NCBI GenBank assembly: GCA_964616725.1
Contig: CAZTRW010000001.1
Coordinates: forward strand, 9,465 to 73,464
Length of the DNA: 64,000 nucleotides
Source of the DNA: an uncultured bacterium
GTDB lineage: Bacteria; Cyanobacteriota; Cyanobacteriia; Cyanobacteriales; Desertifilaceae
Direction of reading: 5' to 3'
Shown: in pieces, positions 1 through 10,081 of the stretch
How positions within the stretch are numbered: position 1 is the stretch's first letter
Layout: the number at the start of each line of letters is the position of its first letter
Notes under the pieces: model-generated
The model's input: only the letters and a program-made list of their open reading frames with translations
Told to the model about the DNA's origin: nothing
Database searches by the model: none
Made by a program: the position numbers and the translations under genes

Positions 1-1447
1 AATCCACAGTTTCCACCTCCTTTTGATCGTTACGAAAAGCCAAAGCTGGCAACCGAATTACTGCTCGGCGACTAGAAAGATAGGGAATCAAATAAGTCGT
101 CCCCGAAACACTAGCATCCGCAGGAATTTGGCGCAATAATTGTCGCATTTCTGCCGTTCTTTGCCACTGTTCTGCGGGAGAAACATAAACCCAAGGTTGA
201 ACCGAATCAGGCACCAGGAAATACAGAGTACGATTCGGATTAGCCGTGAGGGTAAAAAACAGAGAAATATGGATACAAGTAATCCAAAACCTTCGGAAAA
301 ATGGCGTAATCTTGCGAGATTCACGAACACTTTGGGGGTGAATAAAATGATAAAATCCTTCGCCAGACCACCATAAAATTGCCCCATAACAGAGACCCGG
401 CACTATCGATAAGGCATGACGAACATTAATTGACAGCAGAGACATCGCCTGACCTAAGAGTAATTTGAGTAAGGGAAATCCGGCAATAATCCAAGCACCT
501 GGAGCCACTACGGGGACAAATGCAAAAGGCAACCATTGACCCACCAAATACTTAACGGTTCTTCCTACAGGAGTGACTAATTGTACAATTAATTGCCAAG
601 GATCATTCAAGATTTCCCAAATAATCTCCAGGGTAGTCGCTTCTGAACCATCCGTATATTGTCCAAACTGTTCTAACATAAACCGCTTGGAAATATCCTC
701 AGAAAATAAAGGCATTACCAGATTGGTTAACACCAACATATAGCCGAGGCTCAGGACACAAACCAGTATTCCCATCTGAGGAAAGCGGCGACTGAGCAGC
801 ATATACATTCCCACCCCAAAGAGAGCAATTCCACTGTCTTCGCGAATCATTAAAATCAGAGGACACATGAGGGCAAAGAGCCACCAGCAACGCTTTTCCA
901 TTGCCAATAGGAGGATAAATATGAACAGGGGAAGCTGAGAATTGTCATGAAAATTAGAGAGAGTAGGACCTATGACGGCATTTGCGCCATAGTAGCTATA
1001 GGTAATCCATCGTGCTGGAAGAGGTTCTAGATATTCTCGTGCGAGTAAATAAAGGACAATTCCTGCTGCGGCAAGCAGGATCACTAGCAAAATTGCCAGG
1101 GTAGTTGCATGAGGAAATAAGGCGTAAAAGGGTAACCAAAGGAGTAAAGCGGGGGTAAAGTGTTGCCCTAAACGGTGATAGCTAACATCCGGGACTTCTC
1201 CGGCATGAATGACATTGGTAGAGAGTTGAGAAGAAAGGGTACTTTGGAAAAATTTACCGTGGGTTCCATTCCAGAGGACTTGGTTAAAAATGCCTTGATC
1301 GTAGGAAGAATAGAAGGTGAAATGACGATGGAGGACAAGAAGCGTGCAGAGGGTGAAGAATATTCCGGCAATGGTGAGGATGGGTTTCCATTCGTCAGGG
1401 TGAAGGGGAGTTTTGCCTGGTTTTATGGTTTCTGGATGGGCGATCAT
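1..1447 (-). CDS. DUF2079-family membrane protein (glycosyltransferase-like), 3' end runs off the window
   Basis: Absent from the ORF track because it has no stop in the window. The ATG at 1447 overlaps the nnr stop (ATGA). Manual reading gives ...FYSSYDQGIFNQVLWNG...HRLGQHFTP...NFHD...IRED...NPNRTLYFLVPDSVQPWVY, typical of DUF2079. Confidence 0.75.
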   Translation of the reverse strand, partial: MIAHPETIKPGKTPLHPDEWKPILTIAGIFFTLCTLLVLHRHFTFYSSYDQGIFNQVLWNGTHGKFFQSTLSSQLSTNVIHAGEVPDVSYHRLGQHFTPALLLWLPFYALFPHATTLAILLVILLAAAGIVLYLLAREYLEPLPARWITYSYYGANAVIGPTLSNFHDNSQLPLFIFILLLAMEKRCWWLFALMCPLILMIREDSGIALFGVGMYMLLSRRFPQMGILVCVLSLGYMLVLTNLVMPLFSEDISKRFMLEQFGQYTDGSEATTLEIIWEILNDPWQLIVQLVTPVGRTVKYLVGQWLPFAFVPVVAPGAWIIAGFPLLKLLLGQAMSLLSINVRHALSIVPGLCYGAILWWSGEGFYHFIHPQSVRESRKITPFFRRFWITCIHISLFFTLTANPNRTLYFLVPDSVQPWVYVSPAEQWQRTAEMRQLLRQIPADASVSGTTYLIPYLSSRRAVIRLPALAFRNDQKEVETVD

Positions 1448-2976
1448 TGGGAAGGAATAACAGAGGTTAAGTAGTGGGTGAGGTGAACGGGATCTACTCC
1501 TAAGATACTGCGATGTTGAGCTGCTAAAATTCCGGCTTGAGCGTGCCACCAAACGGCGGTTTGGGTGAGGGTTTCACTCTGAGAAGTTTGTGCTAAGAGT
1601 CCTCCTAATAAGCCGGTGAGTACGTCTCCACTGCCGCCTCTGGCTAAGGCGGGAGTGCTTTCTGGGTTAATCCAAAGGGTTCCTGTGGGGTGGGAGATGA
1701 GGGTTTTGGCTCCTTTGAGGACAATGATGGCTCCGCTTTCTTGGGCGGCTTGACGAGCGGCTTGAAGGCGATCTAGGCTCAGGTCAAGGTGGGGAAAGAG
1801 GCGCTGAAATTCTCCGGCATGGGGGGTTAAAATGGTGGGTGCTGGGCGTGGTTTGATGGGTGCGATGCCGAGGTGGGCTAAGTGGTTGAGAGCGTCGGCA
1901 TCGAGAATGAGGGGAAGGGGAAGATTGAGGAGGGTTGGGATTAGGGATGGGGTGGAGAGGGTGAGTCCTGGTCCACAGGCGATCGCCTGATATTTCTCCC
2001 AGTTTACCTGATCGGGGAGTTGGGCGATCGCGCCGGTGGCGGTTTCTGGACAAGCTAGGATTAAGGCTTCTGGTAGCTGTGGTACGAGTAGGGGTTTTAA
2101 GGAGGCGGGAACCGCCATCGAGAGCATTCCTACCCCAGAGGCTCTGGCTCCTAAGCCGGTTAAAAGTGCACTCCCAGCATATTGGGCGGAGCCACAGATT
2201 AAGAGTACATGACCGACGGTGTATTTGTGTGAGAGGAGAGGACGGGACAGGGGCAGGGCGGCGATCGCCGTTTCTGGTAGGATTAGATAGGAGCGTGGGC
2301 GATCGCCGACAATAGCTTCAATATCCCCTAGAGGAATATCAAAATTAATTAACTCTGTTTTGCCCAAATATTCTAGGGCTGAGTCTTGAAAGCAGGCTGG
2401 TTTCCACAACCCTAAACAGAAGGTATGGGTAGCGCGGATAGCTGTGCCGAGAATTTGTCCCGTATCCGTGTGTATCCCGGAAGGCAGATCGATCGCAAAA
2501 ACTATTTTTTGGGCTTGATTAATCGCCTCGATTCCTTGAGCTAATTCTCCGGTAATCGGACGCTCTAATCCTAACCCAAATAACCCATCGATCAGGATTT
2601 CGCTAGTATTGAGTAGTTCGGGAATACTTAACCACGATATTCCCAAACTGCGCCCATAGTCAGCATGAGCTTGAGTTAATTCTTTGAGGGGAGTGAGGGG
2701 TTGGGTAATCGCCACCGGATAGCCTTTGAGGAAAAGTTCTCTGGCAATGACTAAAGCATCTCCTCCATTATGACCTGGCCCGACAATTACGCCAATTTTA
2801 GCGGCAGGTAAGCCTAATTTTTGGCATTCCGACTCAATCCGGCGAGCTACTAATCCGGCAACCTTTTCCATCAGAGCAGCTACAGGCATTCCGGCAGCAA
2901 AAATCCGGTTTTCTATGGCTTGCATTGCTGCTGATGTTACCACAATTTGGTGTTTTTTTGGCTGGCGATCGCTCAT
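1444..2976 (-). CDS. nnr: Bifunctional NAD(P)H-hydrate epimerase/dehydratase (YjeF N+C)
   Basis: GPGHNGGDA, DGLFGLG, DLPSG, GPGL, LDADAL, TPHAGEF and GGSGDVL motifs. Confidence 0.92.
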   Translation of the reverse strand: MSDRQPKKHQIVVTSAAMQAIENRIFAAGMPVAALMEKVAGLVARRIESECQKLGLPAAKIGVIVGPGHNGGDALVIARELFLKGYPVAITQPLTPLKELTQAHADYGRSLGISWLSIPELLNTSEILIDGLFGLGLERPITGELAQGIEAINQAQKIVFAIDLPSGIHTDTGQILGTAIRATHTFCLGLWKPACFQDSALEYLGKTELINFDIPLGDIEAIVGDRPRSYLILPETAIAALPLSRPLLSHKYTVGHVLLICGSAQYAGSALLTGLGARASGVGMLSMAVPASLKPLLVPQLPEALILACPETATGAIAQLPDQVNWEKYQAIACGPGLTLSTPSLIPTLLNLPLPLILDADALNHLAHLGIAPIKPRPAPTILTPHAGEFQRLFPHLDLSLDRLQAARQAAQESGAIIVLKGAKTLISHPTGTLWINPESTPALARGGSGDVLTGLLGGLLAQTSQSETLTQTAVWWHAQAGILAAQHRSILGVDPVHLTHYLTSVIPSQ

Positions 2977-3947
2977 AATCGATCCATTAATACATTGCGA
3001 TCATAGGATTGATCAAACTCCAAAAATGGCCCTTTTGGTACAATTCGGGTGGGATTAATCTGGGGATGACTGCGGTAATAATGGCGCTTGATATGGTCAA
3101 AGTTACAAGTTTCTGCTACCCCTGGTACTTGATAGAGTTCCTTGAGATAATTCCACAAATTATAATGATCGGTAATCCGGCTAAGATTACATTTGAAGTG
3201 GCTATAATAAACCAAATCAAAACGTAATAAGGTGGTAAAGAAACACCAATCTGCTTCTGTAATGCGATCGCCGCATAAATAGGGCTGCTGTTCTAGCACC
3301 TGATCCCAGTGTTCCAGAGCTTCAAATAACTCTATCACACTTTGCTCATACGCCTCTTGAGTCGTTGCAAACCCGGCCCGATACACCCCATTATTAATCG
3401 GTTGATAAATCGTATCAATTGTGCTCTCAATAATTCCCTGCAAATCCTCTGGATAAAACGTCACTTGTCGTTCTGTAAACCGCTCAAACTCCGTATCCAA
3501 CATCCGCATAATTTCACGAGACTCATTATTGACAATCGTTTGGTTTTTCTTATCCCATAATACAGGAACCGTTACCCGACCACTATAATTTGGGTCAGCC
3601 TTCAGATAAATTTGCCAGAGATATTGAGCCTGATTTACTGTATCGGGAATACAGCCAGGATTTGCGGAAAACTCCCAACCATTTTGAGCGATTTCCGGAT
3701 CAACTACTGACAAACCAATCGTTGACTCTAGTCCTTTTAAGTTTCTCATAATAGCCGTCCGATGGGCCCAAGGACAAGCCCAAGAAATATACAAATGATA
3801 GCGCCCGCGTTCCGGCTTAAATTCGCTCTCACTACCAGCGCTAATTTTATGCCGAAACGTTGTTTCAGGACGCAGAAACTGTCCTTTCTGATCCGATTGT
3901 TCTCGCTGCGGAACCCACTTACCGTCAATTAATAATCCCAGACCCAT
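2973..3947 (-). CDS. Glutathionyl-hydroquinone reductase (YqjG/ECM4-type GST)
   Basis: CPWAHR active site, TVPVLWDKK, NNESREI, NNGVYRAGFA. Confidence 0.88.
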   Translation of the reverse strand: MGLGLLIDGKWVPQREQSDQKGQFLRPETTFRHKISAGSESEFKPERGRYHLYISWACPWAHRTAIMRNLKGLESTIGLSVVDPEIAQNGWEFSANPGCIPDTVNQAQYLWQIYLKADPNYSGRVTVPVLWDKKNQTIVNNESREIMRMLDTEFERFTERQVTFYPEDLQGIIESTIDTIYQPINNGVYRAGFATTQEAYEQSVIELFEALEHWDQVLEQQPYLCGDRITEADWCFFTTLLRFDLVYYSHFKCNLSRITDHYNLWNYLKELYQVPGVAETCNFDHIKRHYYRSHPQINPTRIVPKGPFLEFDQSYDRNVLMDRL

Positions 3948-4010
3948 ATTTTTTTCCTGATTAATTGAATCACCTATACAACGCCATCAAACTTTCTCTT
4001 GTTTTTTGTC

Positions 4011-4220
4011 TTACCCTTCCGTCATTTTGAGTAAAAACATCAGAGAAACAAAAAACATTAACCCTAACCAGACTAGTAAAACAGTCGTAAAGGTTGTATG
4101 GAAATAACTACAGACGAACAGGACCACAAAAAAGAGAACGACTGTAATCACTAAATAAGCCATCAGTTGGCCCAAACAACCTTGAACCGATCCAGAAAAA
4201 TCATCATGGGGTGGTCTCAT
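4011..4220 (-). CDS. Small membrane protein, hypothetical
   Basis: Two hydrophobic stretches; fills the gap between co-oriented genes. Confidence 0.4.
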   Translation of the reverse strand: MRPPHDDFSGSVQGCLGQLMAYLVITVVLFFVVLFVCSYFHTTFTTVLLVWLGLMFFVSLMFLLKMTEG

Positions 4221-4274
4221 AGCAATGGTATTTTAACAGAAGAGCGGAAAAGAATAGGTAGGCCCTGTTGACCC

Positions 4275-5210
4275 CTAACGACCAAAATAGACTCGTGCAT
4301 TGGTTAAGCCTGCATTCTGCAAGACTAAGCTAATTTCTGTAGCCTTACTCCGGTGAGGATAAGGGCCGATCGCCACATGAGATCCGCGACGAGAGCGCCT
4401 GGCGATCGCATTAGCATTCGGCACAATCTGCCGCACACGATTAGCGATCGCATCAATAGTAGCGTCTGATCCAGGAATCACCACATAGTAACCCCGATCC
4501 GTTATCCCAGTCCTTTCAGCCACAGCCGGAACTCCAGCGGGAGCAGCGGCAACTCGTCCCCCTGACATCGTAACCACCTCGGCGAAAATTCCTCGCGATC
4601 GCAACTGATTTAAACGCTCTCTAGCATTCCCTTCCTCCCGAAAAGCTCCCGCTTGAATCGCCCTTCTACCATCAATTTCCGTCGTAAAAGCATCAGGAAC
4701 AACCTGTTGAATCTGCTGTAACAATAACGGCGAATTCCCATTCACAAACACCCAATATTCCACAGTGCCCCCCGGAAAATTCCCTGGTGGCAGCGGCGGA
4801 AATTGTCCCCGCACCCTCCCCCCATCATTCACTAAACTGGTTCTTCCCACCTCAAAAGGATACCCTCGTTGTCGTAGCCGTTCCGCTTGTTCAAAGGCAG
4901 TTAACTCATCGGGATAAATTCCCGCTTGAATCACCGTTTCCCCCTGATACTGTTGGATTACTGCAGTGGGAACCAGACGGCGAATCGCCTCCAACTGCAT
5001 CGGATTCCCTCGCCAATAAACCAAATAAACTTGATCCCCATTACCGGGAAATGTGGGAGCCACATTAGGAGTCCTCATCCCCTCACGAGGCTGTCCCTCA
5101 ATCAAAGGAGGAGGCAAAGGAGACTGAGCATTAGCAGCCAGAGTGATAATTACAGATAATAGAATCACTCCCGGATAGATCATGGAACAGTGGTTATTGC
5201 TATTCATCAT
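4275..5210 (-). CDS. Secreted protein with three SPOR-like internal repeats
   Basis: Signal peptide (..LAANA). Three repeats of YxV...L..IRQ.VP.A...G...(IQ)AG.(F/Y)....A...L...G. Confidence 0.6.
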   Translation of the reverse strand: MMNSNNHCSMIYPGVILLSVIITLAANAQSPLPPPLIEGQPREGMRTPNVAPTFPGNGDQVYLVYWRGNPMQLEAIRRLVPTAVIQQYQGETVIQAGIYPDELTAFEQAERLRQRGYPFEVGRTSLVNDGGRVRGQFPPLPPGNFPGGTVEYWVFVNGNSPLLLQQIQQVVPDAFTTEIDGRRAIQAGAFREEGNARERLNQLRSRGIFAEVVTMSGGRVAAAPAGVPAVAERTGITDRGYYVVIPGSDATIDAIANRVRQIVPNANAIARRSRRGSHVAIGPYPHRSKATEISLVLQNAGLTNARVYFGR

Positions 5211-5308
5211 TGTCTGAGCATGATATGGCCCCTAACCCTAGGGGAGGTGTTACCTTAGAAGGGTACACAACAATTAGGCATTTGTTGAGAATTTCCTGAG
5301 TCACTTCC

Positions 5309-6364
5309 ATGAAAAAGGTCGTTGTCGGACTCTCCGGAGGGGTAGATAGTTCCACTGCTGCTGCTGTGCTCCATCATCAAGGCTATGAGGTGGTGGGGTT
5401 AACCCTGTGGTTGATGAAGGGTAAGGGACAGTGTTGCTCAGAGGGGATGGTGGATGCCGCGAAGATTTGTGAACAACTGGGAGTTCCTCACCATATTGTG
5501 GATAGTCGTGAGGTGTTTCAGCAAGAGATTGTGGATTATTTGGTGGCGGGTTATCGGGAAGGAATTACGCCATTGCCGTGTTCTCAGTGCAATCGGGCGG
5601 TGAAGTTTGGCCCGATGATTGGGTATGCGCGATCGCACCTGAATATCGATTTTATTGCCACAGGTCATTATGCTCGCGTTGAGTTTGACCCAGAGTTAGG
5701 ACGTTATCAGTTGAAAAAGGCGATCGATCTGCAAAAAGATCAGTCCTATTTCCTGTACGATCTCTCCCAAGAGATTCTCACTGCCACTCTGTTTCCCCTC
5801 GGTGAAACTCCCAAAACGGAAACTCGTCGCCTCGCCGCTCAGTTTAACCTCACAACCGCAGATAAACCCGAAAGCCAAGATTTATGTCTGGTGGAAAGTT
5901 ATGGCTCCATGCAGTCCTTTTTGGATCAATACATCAGCCCAAAAACGGGCGATATTGTTGATCAAACGGGGAAAGTCTTAGGGCAGCATCAAGGGATTCA
6001 TCATTATACCATTGGTCAACGACGGGGGTTAGGAGTGGCCTATTCTGAACCTTTGTATGTGGTCGATCTCGATCCCGTGATGAATCGCGTGATTGTGGGG
6101 ACTCGTGAGAGTGCGGCCGATCCTCACTGTACTGCCAGTCGCGTTAATTGGGTCTCTATTGCTCCCCCAGATGAACCTCTGCGTGCTGAAGTTCGCATCC
6201 GCTATCGGGCTGAACCTGTGCCGGTAACGGTGATTCCTTTGCTAGAGCATCGGGTAGAGTTGCGGTTTGATCAACCTCAGTTTGGGGTTACTCCTGGTCA
6301 AGCGGCGGTTTGGTATGATGGCGATCGCCTCCTCGGTGGCGGTATCATTGAGCGAAAACCCTAG
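5309..6364 (+). CDS. mnmA: tRNA 2-thiouridylase MnmA
   Basis: [45 protein letters not shown]. Confidence 0.97.
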   Translation: MKKVVVGLSGGVDSSTAAAVLHHQGYEVVGLTLWLMKGKGQCCSEGMVDAAKICEQLGVPHHIVDSREVFQQEIVDYLVAGYREGITPLPCSQCNRAVKFGPMIGYARSHLNIDFIATGHYARVEFDPELGRYQLKKAIDLQKDQSYFLYDLSQEILTATLFPLGETPKTETRRLAAQFNLTTADKPESQDLCLVESYGSMQSFLDQYISPKTGDIVDQTGKVLGQHQGIHHYTIGQRRGLGVAYSEPLYVVDLDPVMNRVIVGTRESAADPHCTASRVNWVSIAPPDEPLRAEVRIRYRAEPVPVTVIPLLEHRVELRFDQPQFGVTPGQAAVWYDGDRLLGGGIIERKP

Positions 6365-6402
6365 AACCATCATCTGTTAGCTGCACCCACCAGCTGAATA
6401 TA

Positions 6403-6427
6403 AGAGACGTTCTGTCGGAACGTCTCT
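6403..6427. terminator. Perfect 10-bp hairpin between convergent mnmA and aroF
   Basis: AGAGACGTTC-TGTCG-GAACGTCTCT. Confidence 0.55.
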
Positions 6428-6436
6428 ATCTCAGAT

Positions 6437-7495
6437 TTAAGCTAAAACTGCTTCGGGTTGGGGCCAGCGCTCCATTACTCGACCTACTATGGCTAATTCT
6501 TGCATGAGTTGATCGAATTGATCGGGAGTGAGGGATTGAGGGCCGTCTGACAGCGCTTTGGCTGGGTTAGGATGGACTTCAATCATGAGGGAATCTGCGC
6601 CTACGGCGATCGCCGCTTTCGCCATCGCTGGTACATACTGAGACCATCCTGTACCATGAGACGGATCGATCATTACTGGCAAATGCGTTAAACTACGCAC
6701 CACAGGAACCACAGATAGATCTAAGGTATTCCTCGTATATTGGCTATCAAATGTCCGAATCCCCCGTTCGCAGAGGATCACCTGAGAATTGCCACCTGCC
6801 AAAATATACTCAGCCGCCATCAACCATTCCTGAATGGTGGCAGACATTCCCCGCTTTAACAATACTGGCTTATCTTGGGCCCCGACTTTTTTCAGAAGGG
6901 CAAAATTCTGCATATTTCTTGCCCCCACCTGAATTACATCAGCCACCTCTGCCACGGCTGGCAAATCTGCCGTATCCATAATTTCTGTAATAATCCCTAA
7001 ACCACTCTTCGCTAGCGCTGCGGCCAGTAATTCTAGGGCACTTTCTCCGTGGCCTTGGAAAGAATAGGGGGAAGTGCGAGGCTTATAGGCTCCTCCCCGT
7101 AAAAATTTAGCCCCTGCGGCTTTCACGCGCAAGGCGGTTTCAATAATCATTTCCTCCGTTTCTACCGAACAAGGCCCGGCCACTACCACTAAGGGATGAT
7201 GCTCCCCAAAGGGAACGGGGCCATTGGGAGTAGCAACAATCACTTCAGACGCTTGGCCGTGGCGGAATTCCCGACTGGCTCGCTTAAAGGGTTGTTCGAC
7301 GCGCAATACTAACTCAATCCAAGGACTGATTTCTTGAATTCTCTCCCGGTCTAGGTCTGCCGTATCTCCGACTAAGCCAATCACGACTTTATGCTGGCCG
7401 ACAATTTTTTCGGGTTTTAGTCCCCAAGTGCTCAGTTCCTCACCCACTCGGTCAATTTCGGCAGAGGGTGTACCGCTTTTCATTACGACAATCAT
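6437..7495 (-). CDS. aroF: DAHP synthase (class I-beta, with N-terminal regulatory domain)
   Basis: AGPCSVE, GGAYKPRTSPYSFQG, QVGARNMQN, LCERGIRTF, DPSHGTG. Confidence 0.95.
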   Translation of the reverse strand: MIVVMKSGTPSAEIDRVGEELSTWGLKPEKIVGQHKVVIGLVGDTADLDRERIQEISPWIELVLRVEQPFKRASREFRHGQASEVIVATPNGPVPFGEHHPLVVVAGPCSVETEEMIIETALRVKAAGAKFLRGGAYKPRTSPYSFQGHGESALELLAAALAKSGLGIITEIMDTADLPAVAEVADVIQVGARNMQNFALLKKVGAQDKPVLLKRGMSATIQEWLMAAEYILAGGNSQVILCERGIRTFDSQYTRNTLDLSVVPVVRSLTHLPVMIDPSHGTGWSQYVPAMAKAAIAVGADSLMIEVHPNPAKALSDGPQSLTPDQFDQLMQELAIVGRVMERWPQPEAVLA

Positions 7496-7530
7496 GGTCT
7501 ATATCCTGACTACTTATGATGATATGGTGG

Positions 7531-8034
7531 CTATTCTGAAGATTTAACCGATCGCCACGCGGCGATCGTTCTGCCTAAATTTTGAGTAAAATCTTGCCAA
7601 CCGATCAATGACCCTACTCGTTCTTCATCCCAAGAGGCAGAAAGTACCCCATAGCTCAAGCCTACTACCCCCAGTCCAAAGCACCCCATACTCACCAAAA
7701 CCACGGCAATATTAGGTAACTCCCAATCTGTTTGGGTCACAATCCAGTAACTGCCAACAAAGGTGAAAATTCCCAAGGCTGTGGGGACTCCAGACAAAAT
7801 GGCCATCCGTCGCATCATGCGCTTGCTCACCGCATCAGGAATCACCCGATCTTCTGGGCGAATCGGTGTTCTCTTTTTTGATCCTGGTGATTTCCGAGAT
7901 TGAGTTTCTTTGGGTTGCGTCTCTTGGGAGACGGATGGGCTGGGAGGACGGTTTTTCTTGCGATTGGGTTTGGGTTCAAACGGTAAGCGTTTTGAGGAAA
8001 CGGCTTCACCCTGGCGATCGGGTTCTGGGGACAT
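7531..8034 (-). CDS. pam68: PAM68-family photosystem II assembly protein
   Basis: LPFEP, IPDAVSKRMMRRM, two TM segments, LSYGVLSASWDEER; sits between rpsO and aroF as is usual in cyanobacteria. Confidence 0.9.
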   Translation of the reverse strand: MSPEPDRQGEAVSSKRLPFEPKPNRKKNRPPSPSVSQETQPKETQSRKSPGSKKRTPIRPEDRVIPDAVSKRMMRRMAILSGVPTALGIFTFVGSYWIVTQTDWELPNIAVVLVSMGCFGLGVVGLSYGVLSASWDEERVGSLIGWQDFTQNLGRTIAAWRSVKSSE

Positions 8035-8045
8035 AGGCAGTTCTA

Positions 8046-8315
8046 CTAGCCTCGAATACTGAGACGACTAATCAAAGTTTTGTAGCGGTCTTGGTCTTGT
8101 TGGTTGATATAACTTAACAGACGTTTCCGCTGGCCGATCATTTTCATCAGACCGCGCTGAGAAGAATAATCTTTCTTGTTTGATTTTAAGTGATTGCTTA
8201 ACCGATTGATCCGTTCAGTTAATACAGCCACTTGCAAATCGGCTGAACCCGTGTCGGTTTCGTGAAGCTGGTATTCAGCCATGATCTGATGTTTTTGGGC
8301 TTGGGTGAGACTCAT
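8046..8315 (-). CDS. rpsO: 30S ribosomal protein S15
   Basis: HETDTGSADLQVAVLTERINRLSNHL, KDYSSQRGL. Start moved to the ATG at 8315, giving 89 aa. Confidence 0.97.
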   Translation of the reverse strand: MSLTQAQKHQIMAEYQLHETDTGSADLQVAVLTERINRLSNHLKSNKKDYSSQRGLMKMIGQRKRLLSYINQQDQDRYKTLISRLSIRG

Positions 8316-8375
8316 AGGTAAGTTTTGCAGGCATCCATAAAATTCAGCGATTTTATAGCATAGCACATTTTGGTT

Positions 8376-9284
8376 TTACTGAAGCCAATGGGAAAGATCA
8401 CGGTTAGTCAACTCCTGAAGCTTGAGAATATCGTCTCGGTAAAAGGCGATCAGAGCTTGCCGCTCGTGGCTAGGGAGCGGAGGGACTTTTTCTTGAGATT
8501 GATTCCAGTTGACTAAGGTGTGCCGGAGGTTACGCACCCAGCCGGTAGGCAAGAGGGTATTCAGGATTTTTGCAGTGGTTTGGCGTAGGGGATTGGGAGT
8601 TTTGAGGATTTGATTGAGGGTATGATTTTTGGGGAGTTGGGCTACCTGAGCTTGGCGAGAAGTGTCTGGCTGAAATGTGACTTCTACTCCAATAAACTCA
8701 TAAATTTTTTGCATGAATTCTAGGGGATTTTTTTTGAGATCTTCGTACCACAATACTTGGATTTGCTGGCGATCAAAGTGCTCATAAAAATAGCTGAGAT
8801 GTTCATAATAAAAGCCTTTTCTGAGATTATCAGACTTCTTGCCTTTATGCACAATTTGCCAGGATAAAGGTCTGGATTTACCGATCGCATCTCGAATCTT
8901 CATCAAATAATCTGAGTAAGCCCGCTCCGCTGGGTCTCGTAAAATCGCTATCAGTTTGGCGTGAGGAATATAGCGTTTAATTTGCTCAGTGACGATTCGA
9001 TAATTGACTAAGTAGTTGGCAGAGGCTTCTCCGATGGCAATCTGGTCAGTGACTTCCTGAAACAAGTCACAATATTTCTCAAACGTATCAATGCGAGTTT
9101 GATGGGCAGATCGAGTCGGTCGAGGGGGAACCGTTCTCTGTGGGTCTCTGGCGAGAAAATTCGGTTCTTTGATCTTGCTCATATACACCTGGGGGTGCTG
9201 CTTGAGATAGTTGTAAACAGAGGTTGTGCCCGCTTTTTGAACGCCAATAATTAAAAAATTAGGCAATTTAATAGGTGTAGACAT
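8376..9284 (-). CDS. Sulfotransferase family protein
   Basis: 5'-PSB motif PNFLIIGVQKAGTTS, KEPNF, GEASANY, 3'-PB motif LRDPAERAYSDY. Confidence 0.87.
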   Translation of the reverse strand: MSTPIKLPNFLIIGVQKAGTTSVYNYLKQHPQVYMSKIKEPNFLARDPQRTVPPRPTRSAHQTRIDTFEKYCDLFQEVTDQIAIGEASANYLVNYRIVTEQIKRYIPHAKLIAILRDPAERAYSDYLMKIRDAIGKSRPLSWQIVHKGKKSDNLRKGFYYEHLSYFYEHFDRQQIQVLWYEDLKKNPLEFMQKIYEFIGVEVTFQPDTSRQAQVAQLPKNHTLNQILKTPNPLRQTTAKILNTLLPTGWVRNLRHTLVNWNQSQEKVPPLPSHERQALIAFYRDDILKLQELTNRDLSHWLQ

Positions 9285-9296
9285 GGGAGCATCTCA

Positions 9297-9941
9297 CTAA
9301 CTTAACCAACTAATAGCTTCTCTAATCCAGTTTTCAGGATCTTGACTCTTCTGGAGATCGGGCTTTTGACTGAGCGCTTGCCAAGCTTGAGTGATTTCTG
9401 TGGGACTATATCCTAAGGCCAAAAGGGTCATTTCCACATCTTCTTGCAAAGCAGATGGAAGGGCGGGTGACGTGGGGAAAGCTGTTCCTGACGTATGCCG
9501 CCATTGAGCTAACTTGGTTTTTAATTCTAGGGCAATCCGTTCTGCTGTTTTACTGCCTACGCCAGGAGTTCTGACCAGTTGTTTAATGTTACCTGTGACG
9601 ATCGCCTGAACTAAATCAGTCAATCCCAAGGTATCCAATAAGGCGATCGCCAACTGAGACCCAATGCCACTGACTCCCACCAACTGACGAAACAGATCTC
9701 GCTCTGCCGCCGAAGGAAACCCATAGAGTAAGGGCTGCTCTTCGCGCACTAGCAAATGGGTAAACACCTGAACTTCCGAGCCACTCGTCTCCAACAAACT
9801 CTGACCCCACCGATTAGTCACTTGGATTTCATACCCAACCCCATGAACCTCCACAACCAGAGTCACCCGGTTAGGCGATCGCTGATGAACCTCAGCTACC
9901 ATACCCCTGAGATAACCCAGCATATACCCTTCCTCTGCCAC
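9297..9941 (-). CDS. ruvA: Holliday junction branch migration protein RuvA
   Basis: GVGYEI, LYGF..ERDLFRQL, HhH motifs GIGSQLA and PGVGSKTAERIALELK. Confidence 0.95.
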   Translation of the reverse strand: MAEEGYMLGYLRGMVAEVHQRSPNRVTLVVEVHGVGYEIQVTNRWGQSLLETSGSEVQVFTHLLVREEQPLLYGFPSAAERDLFRQLVGVSGIGSQLAIALLDTLGLTDLVQAIVTGNIKQLVRTPGVGSKTAERIALELKTKLAQWRHTSGTAFPTSPALPSALQEDVEMTLLALGYSPTEITQAWQALSQKPDLQKSQDPENWIREAISWLS

Positions 9942-10081
9942 TGAGCAAAACTTCTGTAGGAATCCAGCAGAAGTTTTACCCTATGGTATTATCATACGGT
10001 GTTGTGTCAACAACCGATTGGAGCAAGATTGCGAGATCATGTCCCATTGAAGTTGTTGACAAGTCCGGATAGAGAAAACGG

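Noticed and set aside
88-387. 99-aa ORF suggesting a frameshift in the DUF2079 gene
   Set aside because: The main frame from 1447 reads continuously through the parts of this region I translated, so this is an alternative-frame ORF.
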